Below, one piece after another: positions 1-11,768 of a DNA stretch of 64,000 nucleotides. Position 1 is the first letter of the stretch, and the number at the start of each line of letters is the position of its first letter. The notes beneath the pieces are model-generated. The model did no database searches. It was not told the origin of the DNA and saw only the letters and a list, made by a program, of their open reading frames with translations. The position numbers and the translations under genes are program-made. This DNA is from Lama guanicoe (taxonomy: Eukaryota): positions 3,705,410-3,769,409 of the forward strand of contig MU053472.1 in NCBI GenBank assembly GCA_013239625.1, in the 5' to 3' direction.

Positions 1-369
1 CCACTGCCCCAAAAGGCCACACAGCTTCTCCCCTTCCACTCTTCCAGCAGATGATCCCAGGATAATTTATGCAGCAAATCCTCTTTAATCTTTAATCTAG
101 GGTCCTGCAGGAAGGGAACCTCTTGTCTCTTCTTCACAGCTTGGGTGGAGGTGGGGAGTGTTTGACGTTCCACCTTAGGAGGTGTGCACAGGGTCTGGAC
201 CATCAGTAACTTGGACATCAGCTGGATTCCATTCCCGAAAACCTTGTGGACTCTCAGGGATAACTAACTGTTTCTCTCCAATATGCGGGGCAAACCCCTC
301 CTCTCTTCAGAAATCGTCTTCTCCTGGGGATGCCAGGTGGGCCCTTCCTTTTTCTTTGGCGACTGGCTC

Positions 370-1090
370 AAGCCCCCACGGTGATGCGCTGCCTCGACAG
401 GCCACTCTTTAGGGGCTTAGTAAGAAAGAGCCAGGTGACCAGCGCAGCCCTGTCCCCAGTGCCTCTCCGCACCTCGCCTCCGGGGGTCGCAGGCCGCAAG
501 GTCCGCCCTCAGGCTGGCCGCCCCCTGCCCAGCCTGCGCTCGCACCGCGCGCCTCGGAGGTGCAGGCCCCGCCCCGGGGCCGCCCCGCCCCGCCCCCGCT
601 GCCGGGCCCGGCCCCCGGCCCGTCCGCTCTCGGGGCGGCGGGTGGGGGCCGGCGGTGTGGCGAGGTCGGCACGCAGCTTCGGCCTCTGGTCGCTCGGGCG
701 CTGTCCAGGCGGAGCCGGCCCGGCCCGGGCTGCAGCCATGGTAAGGCGGGCGGGCGCGGGGCAGGGCCGGGCGCGCAGGGCCCGCCGCTCCCGGGCGGCT
801 CCGCTGAGACCCGCGACTCCGCAGCCCCGGCTGTGCGGTGCGGGAGGCGCTGTCGCGCGCCGCGGGCACAGGCAGGCGCTGCTGGCTGACAGCGCTGCGT
901 CGCTGCTCCCAAGTTTCTCCTTCTGATCCTAGCAGAGATGGAGTGGGCCCCGGCCCCCGTGGTGCTGCCCGCGTTCTTGGACGAAGGGATCGGTCCGTGC
1001 TGGGTGGGTAGGGGGCACCGGCCGAGACGCGCAGGTTGGGCTGGGGCGGGCACGTCAGCCAGGAGCGGAGGTGAGGGTCCTCGCCCTTGC
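370..1090. promoter_or_regulatory. CpG island promoter of the upstream SEPTIN4 first exon
   Basis: Very high GC and CpG density, with clustered GC boxes (CCCCGCCC) at about 567-615. Confidence 0.85.
738..740 (+). CDS. SEPTIN4: SEPTIN4 alternative first exon contributing only the initiator ATG (MIKRFLED... isoforms, including ARTS)
   Basis: GCAGCCATG followed directly by the consensus donor GTAAGG at 741, inside a CpG island; phase 0 fits the exon at 5608. Confidence 0.85.
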
Positions 1091-3470
1091 CTGGGACAGC
1101 GGTTACCTGGGCTAGCCTTCCTGCCCTGGGCTCCGGGACCAGCACCAACTTCCTTTGGGAAACATACCCAGGAGGCCCTCACACACTGCCTGCCCTCCCA
1201 AGAGGATGGTGAGACAGTTGGGCCCTTCTTCCCGCAGCCTGGCAAGGGGCCGCGCCTAGGCCCTGCCCGCAGCACCCTCTGCTCAGGGGTCTCTGCGAGG
1301 AAAGCCCAGCTACCATCCTGCCCGCTGGAATCAGCTATATCCCTCTCTCTCTCTCTGAGCCAGGAACCATGGGGAATCTTCTTCCTGCTGCATCCTCCAC
1401 CGCCCCCCCCCAACTAGATCCCTCTGCAGTCGGGGTAGGAGGGTGGGGGGAACTCATTCCTGCCACCTGCCTGTGATGAGAGGAGAAGCAGTAACCCCGG
1501 TTAACCTCCCTGCAGACCCCCAGGTAGGAAGTTTTGATGTTTGGCTGTGAAGGTGCCAGCTTTTTTCCTGCCATCATTGCCAGAGCCTGCCACAAACACA
1601 TTATGCTGGTTGTCAGGCCCTCCAGGCCCTTTGCCAGCTTCTCCTCCCGGTCTGGAAGACCCTCAGCCTACCCTCTGCTTTGGGAGGCACAGGCTGTTTA
1701 CAGCAGGAAGAGATCCGTGACCTGTCTGTGGGGCAGGATGTTGGCTGTGGGCAGAAAGGAACTGCCTGGGCCCTGTGGAATCAGAAGCTTCCAGGTCTGG
1801 AAAGGCCAACCTTTTGGGCTCTTCTCTCTCAAGCTGTGTCCAGGCTAAGGCCCAAGTCTTGGCCAGGAAGTCTTCGTGACCCTGTGACCTTCCCCAATGG
1901 GGCTTCCTGTGAGAGGCCAAGTGGTGCCTGCCTTTATCCCTGCCCCTATCCTTCTGCCCACAGGGAGACGGGCAGACTGATTGTACCAGGGAGGGAAGCC
2001 TGGGGGAGCAATGATTGTTCCTAGTGCCAAGTGTCCCTAGTGCAGAGGCCAAGAGGGGCTTTTTCTGCCACACACTAAGTTCAGTTCAGCTGAGGTCTTG
2101 GTGCTTTCAACTTGGCTGAGGCCACCCTGTTCCTCTGTAATTAGAGACACCCCATCACCACCAGAGTCTTCCGCCTCAGGCCCCTTCCCTTAAGCCAGCC
2201 CAGGCCTTAGACTGACTGGTTCATGTTGAGCCAGACTTCTTTATGAGGGTCTCTTTGTGGAAAGAGGTCAGGGACCCAGCTGTTTTGGAGATTGGTGGGG
2301 GGAAGCTCCCCAGTCCAGGAGCCCCCAGGGGGTTTTAATTGGCATATGAAAGGATGATTGGCCAACATTAATAATCATCTGGTGAATTGAGATGTGCCTT
2401 CTCTGCCCAGGTTCAAAGCAACGTGAGGTACTGGGAGTGCTTTCTTTCCCCAGCCTTTCTGGGAGGCAAGGAAGGGCCATTCACAAGTGGACATTAAGGC
2501 CCTGAAATTAAGACACTATTCAAAATCACAAAGGGTGTTTCTAGCCAAACCAGAAACACTGGCCTCCTGGCTCCTAGTCAGGTGCCTCAATTTGACCCCA
2601 CCTGACTGACAACTTTGAACGTCTGTGATGCCAGCCTCTCGCTGACCTGAACTCATGCCCCTCAGAGACCAAGTGCTAGCAGCTCCCCTGTGGCTCTCTG
2701 GAAGCGCTGGCATATAGAAGTGATACAGGTCCCCATGAGTCAGAGGTCAGGTGTCTTAGGATGGGAGAAGTCCCTGTAGCAAAGTCCTCCCTGTGGCTGG
2801 GGCTCTCTGCAGGCAAATCTCAGGGCAGATTTCTGAAGGCAGTGGGGTTCTCTGCTGGGAGAACACAAAGGACACTGGAAAGAAAAGTGGGGCCCTTCCC
2901 ATCAGAACCTATACCCAGGGGATTATAGGACATCCCACTCTACTTCAGCACTGCTTGAAGTTAAGGTGAAAGAGATTGGAGTCCTTTGGGAATGGAGTCT
3001 CCATGTACTGATGGGCCAGGTCACCTTGGGTACAGCTCTCAACCCCCTGACAGGCCTCGGTGTCCTTGGGGGTTAACAGGAGAGGCCAAATGGCTGGAGA
3101 GCCTGTGCTGCAGACAGACTTGGGAGGCTGGTGCTGTGCCCACCGGGGTAGGCAGCGGGCAGGCGTCATGGGGCAGCCAATCAGAGGAGGAGGGGACTGC
3201 AGAGAGAACAGAGATCCTGCTGCAGCTGAGCTGTCCTTGGAGGGTGGGAGCCAAGGGAAGGGGAGGAGGAGGGTGTGGGGAAGGACATTCCACAGGCTTT
3301 TTTGGCCCCTGACAGAGACAGAGGGGGTCAAAGAGAAAGGGAAAGGAGCAAGTCAGGACGCTGATTACAACAAGAGCATCAAGACCAGGCTGTTTCCGTG
3401 TGTGAGGAACTTTGCCTGGGAGATAAAATTAGACCTAGAGCTTGCTGACAGGGAGTCCGAAGCGTGGGAC

Positions 3471-3530
3471 ATGGACCGTTCACGGGGATGGCCAGGCAGT
3501 CCTGTCCCCGAGGACAGGACTGAAGCTGGG
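3471..3530 (+). CDS. SEPTIN4: SEPTIN4 first coding exon of main isoform ([20 protein letters not shown])
   Basis: ATG 3471, donor GTAAGG 3531, 20 codons. Confidence 0.93.
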
Positions 3531-6500
3531 GTAAGGTGCCGCTCTGGGAGTTGGGTGGACCTGCCCTGTCTTCTCCCGGCATTGGCTGGGATTGGGGCTC
3601 AAAGCCAGAAAATGATTTGGTCACTTGCAGGGCTGGGGCCAGGGAAGGACAGACAGGAGGTGAGAACCCTGGTGTCCTGATTCCTTGTCTAGAGCGCCTG
3701 TGGGCCTCTCCACGCTGATGAGCAGCCAGGACCAGTGGTGCTGGGTTCCTGGTGGCTCTGCTGGAAGGTTGCAGGGGCTGGGGGTCTCCATCAGTGCCTT
3801 CCTTTCTCCCTTCCCTGCTGCCCCTCTGCTCAGCGTGCCTGGAAAAACCAGACAGAGCACAGTCCTCTCTCCCACCCTCAGCCTGACCCCTAGACCAACC
3901 CCTGGGTCACTGTGGGGTTGTGTAGAGGGACGGTTTCCTGGAATTCCCCAGACTCTTTAGCTGCCAGAAAACAAGACCTGCCGCCCTCCAGGCCCATCCC
4001 TCCTCTATCGCCATTTAATTAATCATCCAAGCTAGGACATTTTTGAGAGTAAGAGGGGCAATTATGCTAGGACAACAAACATAAACTGCGATGTTATGGT
4101 TCACTCCACTGGACCCCACAAACCTATCGGTGAGAAAAGCCTGTTGGATCAGGCTTGCCTCAGGACAGTCTCCTCCGGCCATTTGGCCCTTACATGCAGG
4201 TTCTGGTTTCAGGCTAAAGGATCTCTTTTCCTGTCCAGGCAAGCCCTGGGGGCCATGGCTACCAGCAGATGTGGGGACTTGAGGCGCTACAAGGAATAGC
4301 CTTGGGGGCTTTCTCCTCTCAGTCCTTTCCCTCTGCGTAAACCTGGCAGTGTGCGTGCCTGCGTCCCTCAGTCCTTCCCTTCATAAAATGGGCATCTACA
4401 GGAAGACTGTGGCCATCTTATCTCCCCTCACCCTGGCTGGGAGTCCACAGCGGTCTGGGGTAGCCCCCACTGGCTTGGCCAATCCCCACAGGGTGAGTCA
4501 GCCTGTGAGACCAGCCCTTGTCCATTGTCTGCGGGTGGCACGTGGGTATTGTGAGGCAGAGCTGAGCCCAGCACTGCCAGGCACTCCCCAGAGAGGGCTG
4601 GCCCCCACAGGAGGGAGAGAGGAAGCTTTAGGGTCTAGAGCTGGGACCGGAGTCGAGGGAAGGGAGATGGGATGGAACAGGTCTCCAGAGAGGAGCCAGC
4701 CACTCCCTGCCTACCACCTGCATGCTTCCCAGTTCAGGCCAGACCCCCTCCTGCACTGCCTACTAAAGCCTAATTCCAGGCTGAGGGGGCAGGGGGAAAC
4801 TGAGGGTGATTCCCCCCGTACATCCCTTGCAGTTCCAGGCTGTCAGCAGTGAGCCTCCCCTGGTCCCTCCCAGTGCCCCTTCACCCACGCTCAGCACCCA
4901 CTGGCAGGCTTGCCCTTCTCTCCTAGGGCCCAGGCTCGGGCTCTAGTATGGCTTGGTGTCGGGGTGGGGGGTGTCAGGTCAACTGTACTGAGCTCTAGGC
5001 AGTGAGCCCTGGGGAGTGAGGGCCTCCAGGAGAGGCTGCACCTCAGTCCCAGCGCTCAGTGACAGGAGGCGCGGGGCCCCCTGCTGGCCCCCCTGCTGGC
5101 CCTTGATCTACCTGGGGCTGGCAGCTCCCTTCTCCCCTCCCTCCTTCCCTCCTGCCCCTGCCCCATTCTTACTGTCTGCACGCTCCCTGAGTCCTGAACC
5201 ACATTCCTCTCTCAGCTCCAATGCCTCTGTCTGCTCCCCTGTCTCCAGCCTGACTTTCCGGCCTTTGGGGCCGACTCCGGCCCTGGCTTGGAAGGGCAGC
5301 CTCAGCCGCGCCCTGTTGAGAGAGGACATCAGTACTGGAGCTACTCCGCTCCCAAGAGCAGTTGCTAGGCTCTGGGGGCTGCCCAGGGCTGCTCCTGGAC
5401 CCCGGGGCCATTCCTGATGTCTTGGATCCTTGGATGTGAGGCATGCGGGCGGGATGGGGAGCACTTCCTCTGGCTTGGCTACTAGGGCAGTTTCTCTCTC
5501 CTCTAACCGCACATGCTTTCCTCTCTCTCCCTCTTGCCTCTGTCTTCCTCCTTCCTTCTTCCCTTCCTGCTACCTTCCCACCGACCCCACTCCACCCCCA
5601 ACCTCAGATCAAGCGCTTTCTGGAGGACACGGATGATGCAGAACTCAACAAGTTCGTGAAGGATTTCCCAGGAAACGAGACCTGCCACCAACCAGAGGCC
5701 AAGACCTGGGTGTCCGGTCCCCAAATCCTGGAGCCAAGGCCCCAGGCCTCAGACCTCTGCCAGGATGACCTGGAGTTCAGACCCCCCTCGTGGCCCCAGC
5801 CCTCTGACAGCCAGCAGTTCTTCTCTGCCTCAGCCCCTCTCAGCCCCTCAACCCGGCCCCGCAGCCCATGGGGCAAGCTCGATCCCTATGACTCCTCTGA
5901 GGTAGAGCTTCCAGCCCTGCCTTTGCCTTTCAGTGGGCTGGTGCAGGAAGACCCAGGGAGGGGCAGAGAGCGCCCGAGTGTGTGCGTGCTTGTGCACGTG
6001 TGTGTATGTGTGTGCGCACACGCGTGCGTGCTGAGCTGGAGCCTCTCTCTGTCCTGTGCCGGCCTCAGCTCTGTGGTGTCGGCCCCCAGGTGCACTGGAA
6101 ACTGACAGTATCAGCAGGGACAGGAGCCCAGCTGGTGGTCCCAGGTGGGGCCTCACAGGAGTCTGGCACTGCTCCTTTAAGGCTGGGCAAAGACCGAGGA
6201 GTGGGGCAGAAGGATGGTGTTGGGCCCTGGGGTCCTTCTCACCTCTGCCCTGATGTCCTCTGCCTTTTTGTCCACTAGGATGACAAGGAGTATGTGGGCT
6301 TTGCGACCCTCCCCAATCAAGTCCACCGAAAGTCCGTGAAGAAAGGCTTTGACTTTACCCTCATGGTGGCAGGTAGAGCAGGGGCAGGGCAGGGCCTGAC
6401 AGGAGGTGTTTCAGGTGGGGATGCTGTGGATGTGGGGGAGGGAGTACGAGTAGGGAAGGAGAAGGCAGTAAGTGGCTGTGCCTGTGTGCAAAATAACAGG

Positions 6501-9500
6501 AGCCATGGGGGGCCAGAAGTGTACATAAGGTGGGGGGTGGTTGTGATGTGGTTCAAAGAACACTTATCTGTTATTGGTCTAGTATTTGCCTTTTACTGTT
6601 TGACCTTGGGCAATCTCTTATCCTCTCTGGGCCTCATTCAATAAGAAGGCTGAATGAGGTACTTTCTCTGCCTCCTTCTAGCTCTGCTATAATTAGATAA
6701 GAAAGCAGCTCCCCCAACACCTTGGCCCACTGGGGTTGCCTCTTGGCTATCGGTCTTTTGATTTGGTGCCTGTCCTCTCTCCCCTGTCAGGAGAGTCTGG
6801 CTTGGGGAAATCCACTCTTGTCAATAGCCTCTTCCTCACTGATCTGTACCGGGACCGGAAGCTCCTCAGTGCCGAAGGTAAGGAAAGGAGGGGAGCATGA
6901 AGACAGGCAGGTAGAGCTGACTTGGGAAATCAGACGTACTCCAGAGTCTGTGGGATGGGGCCTTCCCCAGCAAGCAGGGAACCATGGCTTCCTAGAGAGA
7001 CTGACGGCATCTCTCCATAGGCCTGTGTAGCCTGGCAGCCTACCAGCCAGTTCCCTAAAGATCTGGGTGCCGAAGCAGGGCAGGGACCACAATCCTGCTC
7101 TCTGAGTCTCTGACCCCCAAAGGATTCCAGGAATCCAAGAAAAGAGCCGGGAGCAGAGAAGAGGCTGGGGCGAGAGCCAACAGCCACCGGCATTTCCTGT
7201 GTTGGGAAATGCGCTCCTTGTTGGTTCCCAGAGAACAGGCCCCCAGGCAGCCCGGAGGCGGGAAGGGGGGCAGTGAGCACGAGGCAGTCTGGGCAGCAGA
7301 ACTGGTTGGGGTGGGCGGTGTGTCCTGACTCGGCAGGTCATTGCCCTTGCCCCAGCCTCAGTTTCTCCCTTCTCTAGAGCGGATCATGCAAACGGTGGAG
7401 ATCACTAAACATGCAGTGGACATAGAAGAGAAGGGCGTGAAGCTGCGGCTCACCATTGTGGACACACCAGGTTTCGGGGACGCAGTCAACAACACAGAGT
7501 GGTATGTCTGTCCAAGCACAACCCCAGCGGCCCCCCCACCGCCACCCATCCCGCACACACACTCAGGTCACACCTAGGCACAGACACAGCCCCAGATGTC
7601 AGGAGGAAGGGGTTTGTGACCTCGAGCATGCCACTGTCCCCCCCTAGACGGTTGTCTCCTCTGTAAAGTGAGAGGGAAAGGACTGGACTAGATGACCTCC
7701 AGTGTTGCTTTGACTCTGACCCATAATCCTGTAATGAAGGTGAAGACACAGATAGGAAAGAAGAGCCTCAAAAAGCAAACACACATGAACACCTGTAGCA
7801 CAGGGCCTGGCATATAGTAGGTGCTCAATAACTGTCACCCTCCTTCCCTCCGTTCCTTTCACCAGCAACATTTCAGGTGCCACACACAAGATTTATTGAA
7901 GGGGTGAGTGCATGGAGGGAGGGGTGAAGGGGAGGAGGAAGAGGCAAAGGGAAAGCCTGGGTAAACTTTGTTTAAACCCCAGGCACCCTCTAGGCTACCT
8001 GCCAAAAGAACAGGTGGCCTTGCCATCCCTTACCCAAATCGTCCCTGACTTACTTTTCAGGAACTGGAAGGATGGTCAGACTCAGTGAGTAGAAGAGGAG
8101 GAGAATGGATGATAAAGACAGGAGAAAAGGCAGTGCCTTTGATGAGGAAGTTAGGCAGGGTGGTGCTGAGACCCCTAGACAGCATTTAATAACTGCGTGA
8201 TCTTGAGCAAATGACGATATTCCCATTTCTTTAATGAAAAATACTGACCTTTACCACTTGACCCAAGTAGTCTGAAAATCAATCTAGAAAGATGCATGTG
8301 AATGTGCACTAAAAACTGCAAAGGTTGGGGAGGGTATAGCTCAAGTGGTAGAGTGCAGGCTTAGCATGCATGAGGTCCCCAGTAACTCCTCCCAAAATAA
8401 ATTAACCTAATTACCCCCCCACACACTCAAAACAAACAAACAAAACTGCAAACGCGGTTTATGTTACACTGAATTTTAATACGGTAATCTCAGGACCAGT
8501 GTAAAATAAAAATGTAGGGCCCCTTGTTCAAAATTTTAAGAATTTCAAGATGGCCACAGCAGGAGAATAAACCAAGCGTGGGCCCTTCTGAGTGTGGGGA
8601 CCCTGGATGACGGCACAGTTCAAATGCCCAGGAAGCTGGCTTTGGATAGTTGCCTCACAGACTGATCAAAACCTTACAGACTTTTCTGTGCTCTGAGCCC
8701 CCATCACATGCTTTATCATCACAACATGTGGCTTTGGGTTCAGCACACTGGTTCATCTTCAACTTTCAAGCCTTGACAGAAGAGCCATTCCTTACATTCT
8801 TACAACAGCACTGTGCTAGTACAGGTTACGTGGTCTGCAGAAATATTGCTGATGGATGGAGGTGGCCTTCCAGGTCATCATCACCCTTCCTGATCTAGGA
8901 ATATGTCTCAGCAAACTGGGCGTGCCCTGAAACTCTAGCTCCAACCAGCACCTACTTCAGCAAGCATCACTCCCTCCTTCAATAAATCTACTTATCTCCT
9001 CCTACCTTCCATAATAATAATAATTTCCCTTGCCTGGCACCTCATAGTTTACAGTGCACCACCACATATACTCATTTAGTCAACCAGCAGGAATTTATTG
9101 AGCACATACTAGGTGTCCAGCCTGTGCTGGACATTTTAAGAGAGGCAGAACAAGGATGAATAGTCCTTGTCATAAGAGGCTTACAGCCCAGTGGCAGTGG
9201 GAGGGGACGGTGGGGGGAAGCAGCATGTGTGTCAGTCAGGGAAAAACTTTAGTAAATGGGTCAGGCAGTGTAGCGGCAAACTGAAGGCCACGGGCTTGGG
9301 TGGGTAGAGAATTTGCTAGATAAAATGATCTGGATTAAGTCTCTTTGCTGCATTGGATTTAGTTTCTTCATGTAGCAGATGAGAGCACTGACGCCCATAA
9401 TAGCCACCTATCAGAGCTCCTATCGGTGAGGATTAAACTAGATAACGAAGAGCAAAGGAGTTGAAATTTGAGGCATAGTCACAGGAGCCTTCGCGGAAGA

Positions 9501-11620
9501 GGTGGTTCTTGGATATGGCTTTGAAGGATGGAGTGGGTCTGAAGAGGTGGAGGAGAGGATGCAACCACCTTAACAAAGGCTCTGAGGCTGAACTGTGGGC
9601 CTGATTGAGGGCTGTCCTGGCCACCAGTTGGTGTTCACCTGTCAGCACTGTGCTATTGCTCTGTTTGATCAGCCAGGCGCTCATCAAACTAGTATTTATT
9701 GACCTCTGCCTGCGTGCTTAGTCTGGTTTTCTATCAGGATGTACGACATGCACCCCTGTCCCACCCAGGCACCTCCCCGAAGTTGTAGTAAAGCAAGTCG
9801 GGGAATAACAAAGCCTTGCAAAAACTGCTCAGGGCGTAGGCTCCTCTGGAGTCCCGGAGCTCGCTAGACAGCCCCGACTCCCACAGTTTCTCTGCTTGTC
9901 TGTCCCTGCCCCAGCTGGAAGCCTGTGGCAGAATATATCGACCAGCAGTTTGAGCAGTATTTCCGAGATGAGAGTGGCCTGAACCGCAAGAACATCCAAG
10001 ACAACAGGGTGCACTGCTGCCTGTACTTCATCTCGCCCTTCGGCCACGGGTATGGTCCGAGCCTGAGGCTCCTGACGCCACCGGGTGCTGCCAAGGGAAC
10101 AGGCCGAGAGCACCAGGGGCAGGGCTGCCACTAGCAGGTGGTCACAGATTCCTGTTCCCCAGGCTCCGGCCACTGGATGTTGAATTCATGAAGGCCCTGC
10201 ATCAGCGGGTCAACATCGTGCCTATCTTGGCTAAGGCGGACACACTGACACCTCCTGAAGTGGAGCGCAAGAAACGCAAAGTGAGGGAAGCTGGTGGGGG
10301 AGGGGAGCAGGTGGGCTTCTGGAAAGGACGGAGTCCCCAGAACTGTGGGCCCCTCATGTGTTTGTCAGATCCGGGAGGAGATTGAGCACTTTGGAATCAA
10401 GGTCTACCAGTTCCCAGACTGTGACTCTGATGAGGATGAGGACTTCAAATTACAGGACCAAGCCCTAAAGGTGGGGCCACCCCAGGGCATCCTTTTCCCA
10501 TCTTGTTTCTTCCGGGCAGAAGAGGGAAGTAGAATTCTATATAAGGGTGGGCTATTGGGGTGGAAGAGGATCCTGGTTTCCCAGAATGAAGCAGAGAAGA
10601 TGAAGATATAGGTGGAAAGGAACAGGTGAGAATGAGGAATGTTGACAGGCACCCCTAACTTCTTCCAGGAAAGCATCCCATTTGCTGTCATTGGCAGCAA
10701 CACTGTGGTAGAGGCCAGAGGGCGGCGAGTTCGGGGCCGACTCTACCCCTGGGGCATCGTGGAAGGTAAAGCACTGAGCTTGTGACCAGGGTATCTCCTT
10801 GTCTTCAGCGGCTCTCCCCTACCCATGTCCCTGGCTGACCCCTAGCCTTGCTATGCAGTGGAAAACCCAGGGCACTGCGACTTTGTGAAGCTGAGGACAA
10901 TGCTGGTGCGTACTCACATGCAGGACCTGAAGGATGTGACACGGGAGACGCATTATGAGAACTACCGGGCACAGTGCATCCAGAGCATGACTCGCCTGGT
11001 GGTGAAAGAACGGAATCGCAAGTATGGCCGGAGGCCAGGACAGAGCTGGCAGGGGTGGGGTCTCAAGCGCAGCCTTGGGTGAGACCAAGCCCTTCCTTTG
11101 TTCTTCTACAGGCTCTGGGCTCAATCCAAGCAGGTGCTGGGGTCCCCCTAGCCTTACCAACCCCCCTTTCCCCTTCCCCTCAGCAAACTGACTCGAGAGA
11201 GTGGTACCGACTTCCCCATCCCTGCTGTCCCACCAGGGACAGATCCAGAAACTGAGAGGCTGATCCGAGAGAAAGATGAGGAGGTGAGAGCAGTCTGGGG
11301 TGATAGAGGTTGCCAGCCTGGGAGGTCCCCTGCTTAATCATAAACCTCAGTATCTCTTGGTTTGGGAATAGGAAGATACCTGGCCCTGGTACATATCTGG
11401 ATCCTGGACTGTGGATTAGTGGTTCTACCCAGGCACTCCATCACACCTCAGGGCTACAAAGGCCCTGGCTCAAGGGATCAGAGGTCGGGGGTGTGGGGCA
11501 CTTCCCTAACATTGTAAGACTCTCTGAAAGGCCTCATTTTGATACGTATGCGTATTCCAGCTACGGCGGATGCAGGAGATGCTGCATAAAATCCAAAGAC
11601 AGATGAAGGAGACCCATTAG
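3471..11620 (+). CDS. SEPTIN4: Septin-4, main isoform, 12 coding exons, 477 aa (span from ATG to stop)
   Basis: Exons 3471-3530, 5608-5901, 6279-6372, 6791-6877, 7378-7501, 9915-10049, 10163-10280, 10369-10470, 10669-10765, 10859-11021, 11184-11283, 11561-11620. All introns are GT-AG, phases are consistent, total 1434 nt. Septin motifs GESGLGKS (P-loop), DTPG, AKAD; N-terminus [19 protein letters not shown]. Confidence 0.97.
5076..5099 (-). promoter_or_regulatory. Candidate CTCF site, tandemly duplicated
   Basis: Minus strand CCAGCAGGGGGC (5076-5087) plus a near copy (5087-5099). Confidence 0.45.
5608..5901 (+). CDS. SEPTIN4: SEPTIN4 exon 2 (IKRFLED...DPYDSSE)
   Basis: Long pyrimidine tract and CAG acceptor; donor GTAGAG; 98 codons. 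Confidence 0.95.
5978..6030. repeat. Degenerate (TG/CG/CA)n alternating purine-pyrimidine tract
   Basis: GTGTGTGCGTGC..GTGTGTATGTGTGTGCGCACACGCGTGCGTG. Confidence 0.8.
6279..6372 (+). CDS. SEPTIN4: SEPTIN4 exon 3 ([31 protein letters not shown])
   Basis: TAG acceptor, GT donor; septin polybasic region. Confidence 0.96.
6791..6877 (+). CDS. SEPTIN4: SEPTIN4 exon 4 (P-loop [20 protein letters not shown])
   Basis: CAG acceptor, GTAAGG donor, G1 motif. Confidence 0.96.
7378..7501 (+). CDS. SEPTIN4: SEPTIN4 exon 5 (RIMQTVEI...[14 protein letters not shown])
   Basis: TAG acceptor, GTATGT donor, G3 motif DTPG. Confidence 0.96.
8327..8441 (+). mobile_element. tRNA-derived SINE (camelid Vic-1-like), B box deleted
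   Basis: GGGGAGGGTATAGCTCAAGTGGTAGAG head, CCTAATTACCCC tail, flanking repeat AAAACTGCAAA at 8312-8322 and 8442-8452. Confidence 0.85.
8490..8640 (-). mobile_element. MER45A-like hAT-Tip100 DNA transposon relic
   Basis: GGGCCCCTTGTTCAAAA..AAGAATTTCAAGATGGC..TAAACCAAGC..GGGCCCTTCTGAG matches the consensus as recalled. Confidence 0.7.
9915..10049 (+). CDS. SEPTIN4: SEPTIN4 exon 6 ([12 protein letters not shown]...[10 protein letters not shown])
   Basis: CAG acceptor, GTATGG donor. Confidence 0.96.
10050..10134 (+). CDS. SEPTIN4: ARTS-specific C-terminus encoded in retained intron 6 ([27 protein letters not shown])
   Basis: Read-through of the donor gives a 27-aa tail ending at TAG 10132-10134, closely matching the human ARTS (SEPT4_i2) tail as I recall it. 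Confidence 0.8.
10163..10280 (+). CDS. SEPTIN4: SEPTIN4 exon 7 ([10 protein letters not shown]...[17 protein letters not shown])
   Basis: CAG acceptor, GTGAGG donor, G4 motif AKAD. Confidence 0.96.
10369..10470 (+). CDS. SEPTIN4: SEPTIN4 exon 8 (IREEIEHF...QDQALK)
   Basis: AG/GT bounded, 34 codons. Confidence 0.96.
10669..10765 (+). CDS. SEPTIN4: SEPTIN4 exon 9 ([10 protein letters not shown]...[10 protein letters not shown])
   Basis: AG/GT bounded; start of the septin unique element. Confidence 0.96.
10859..11021 (+). CDS. SEPTIN4: SEPTIN4 exon 10 ([12 protein letters not shown]...KERNR)
   Basis: AG/GT bounded; septin unique element. Confidence 0.96.
11184..11283 (+). CDS. SEPTIN4: SEPTIN4 exon 11 ([13 protein letters not shown]...REKDEE)
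   Basis: Pyrimidine tract and CAG acceptor, GTGAGA donor. Confidence 0.95.
11561..11620 (+). CDS. SEPTIN4: SEPTIN4 last coding exon ([19 protein letters not shown])
   Basis: CAG acceptor, TAG stop 11618-11620. Confidence 0.95.
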   Translation, partial: LRRMQEMLHKIQRQMKETH

Positions 11621-11762
11621 CTGGCTTTCAGCCCTGGATATTTAAATCACCTCCTCTTAGTCCTGCCCATGCCGGCCCCTCCCAGCACCAGCTCTGCTCA
11701 GGCCCCTGAAGCTACTGCCACTTCGCCTTACATCCCCGCTGCCTCTCCAGAGACTCAGAGGA

Positions 11763-11768
11763 AATAAA
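11763..11768 (+). terminator. SEPTIN4 polyadenylation signal
   Basis: AATAAA about 140 nt after the stop, followed by a GT-rich downstream element. Confidence 0.85.

Noticed and set aside
330..1417. Long ORFs on both strands (334, 243, 198 aa) in the first CpG island
   Set aside because: Arg/Pro/Gly/Ala-rich, no recognisable domain, and open in several frames; expected from stop-codon scarcity at very high GC.
5443..5607. In-frame ATG giving a hydrophobic, signal-peptide-like 55-aa extension to SEPTIN4 exon 2
   Set aside because: The hydrophobicity comes from the polypyrimidine tract, and there is no promoter or transcript evidence.
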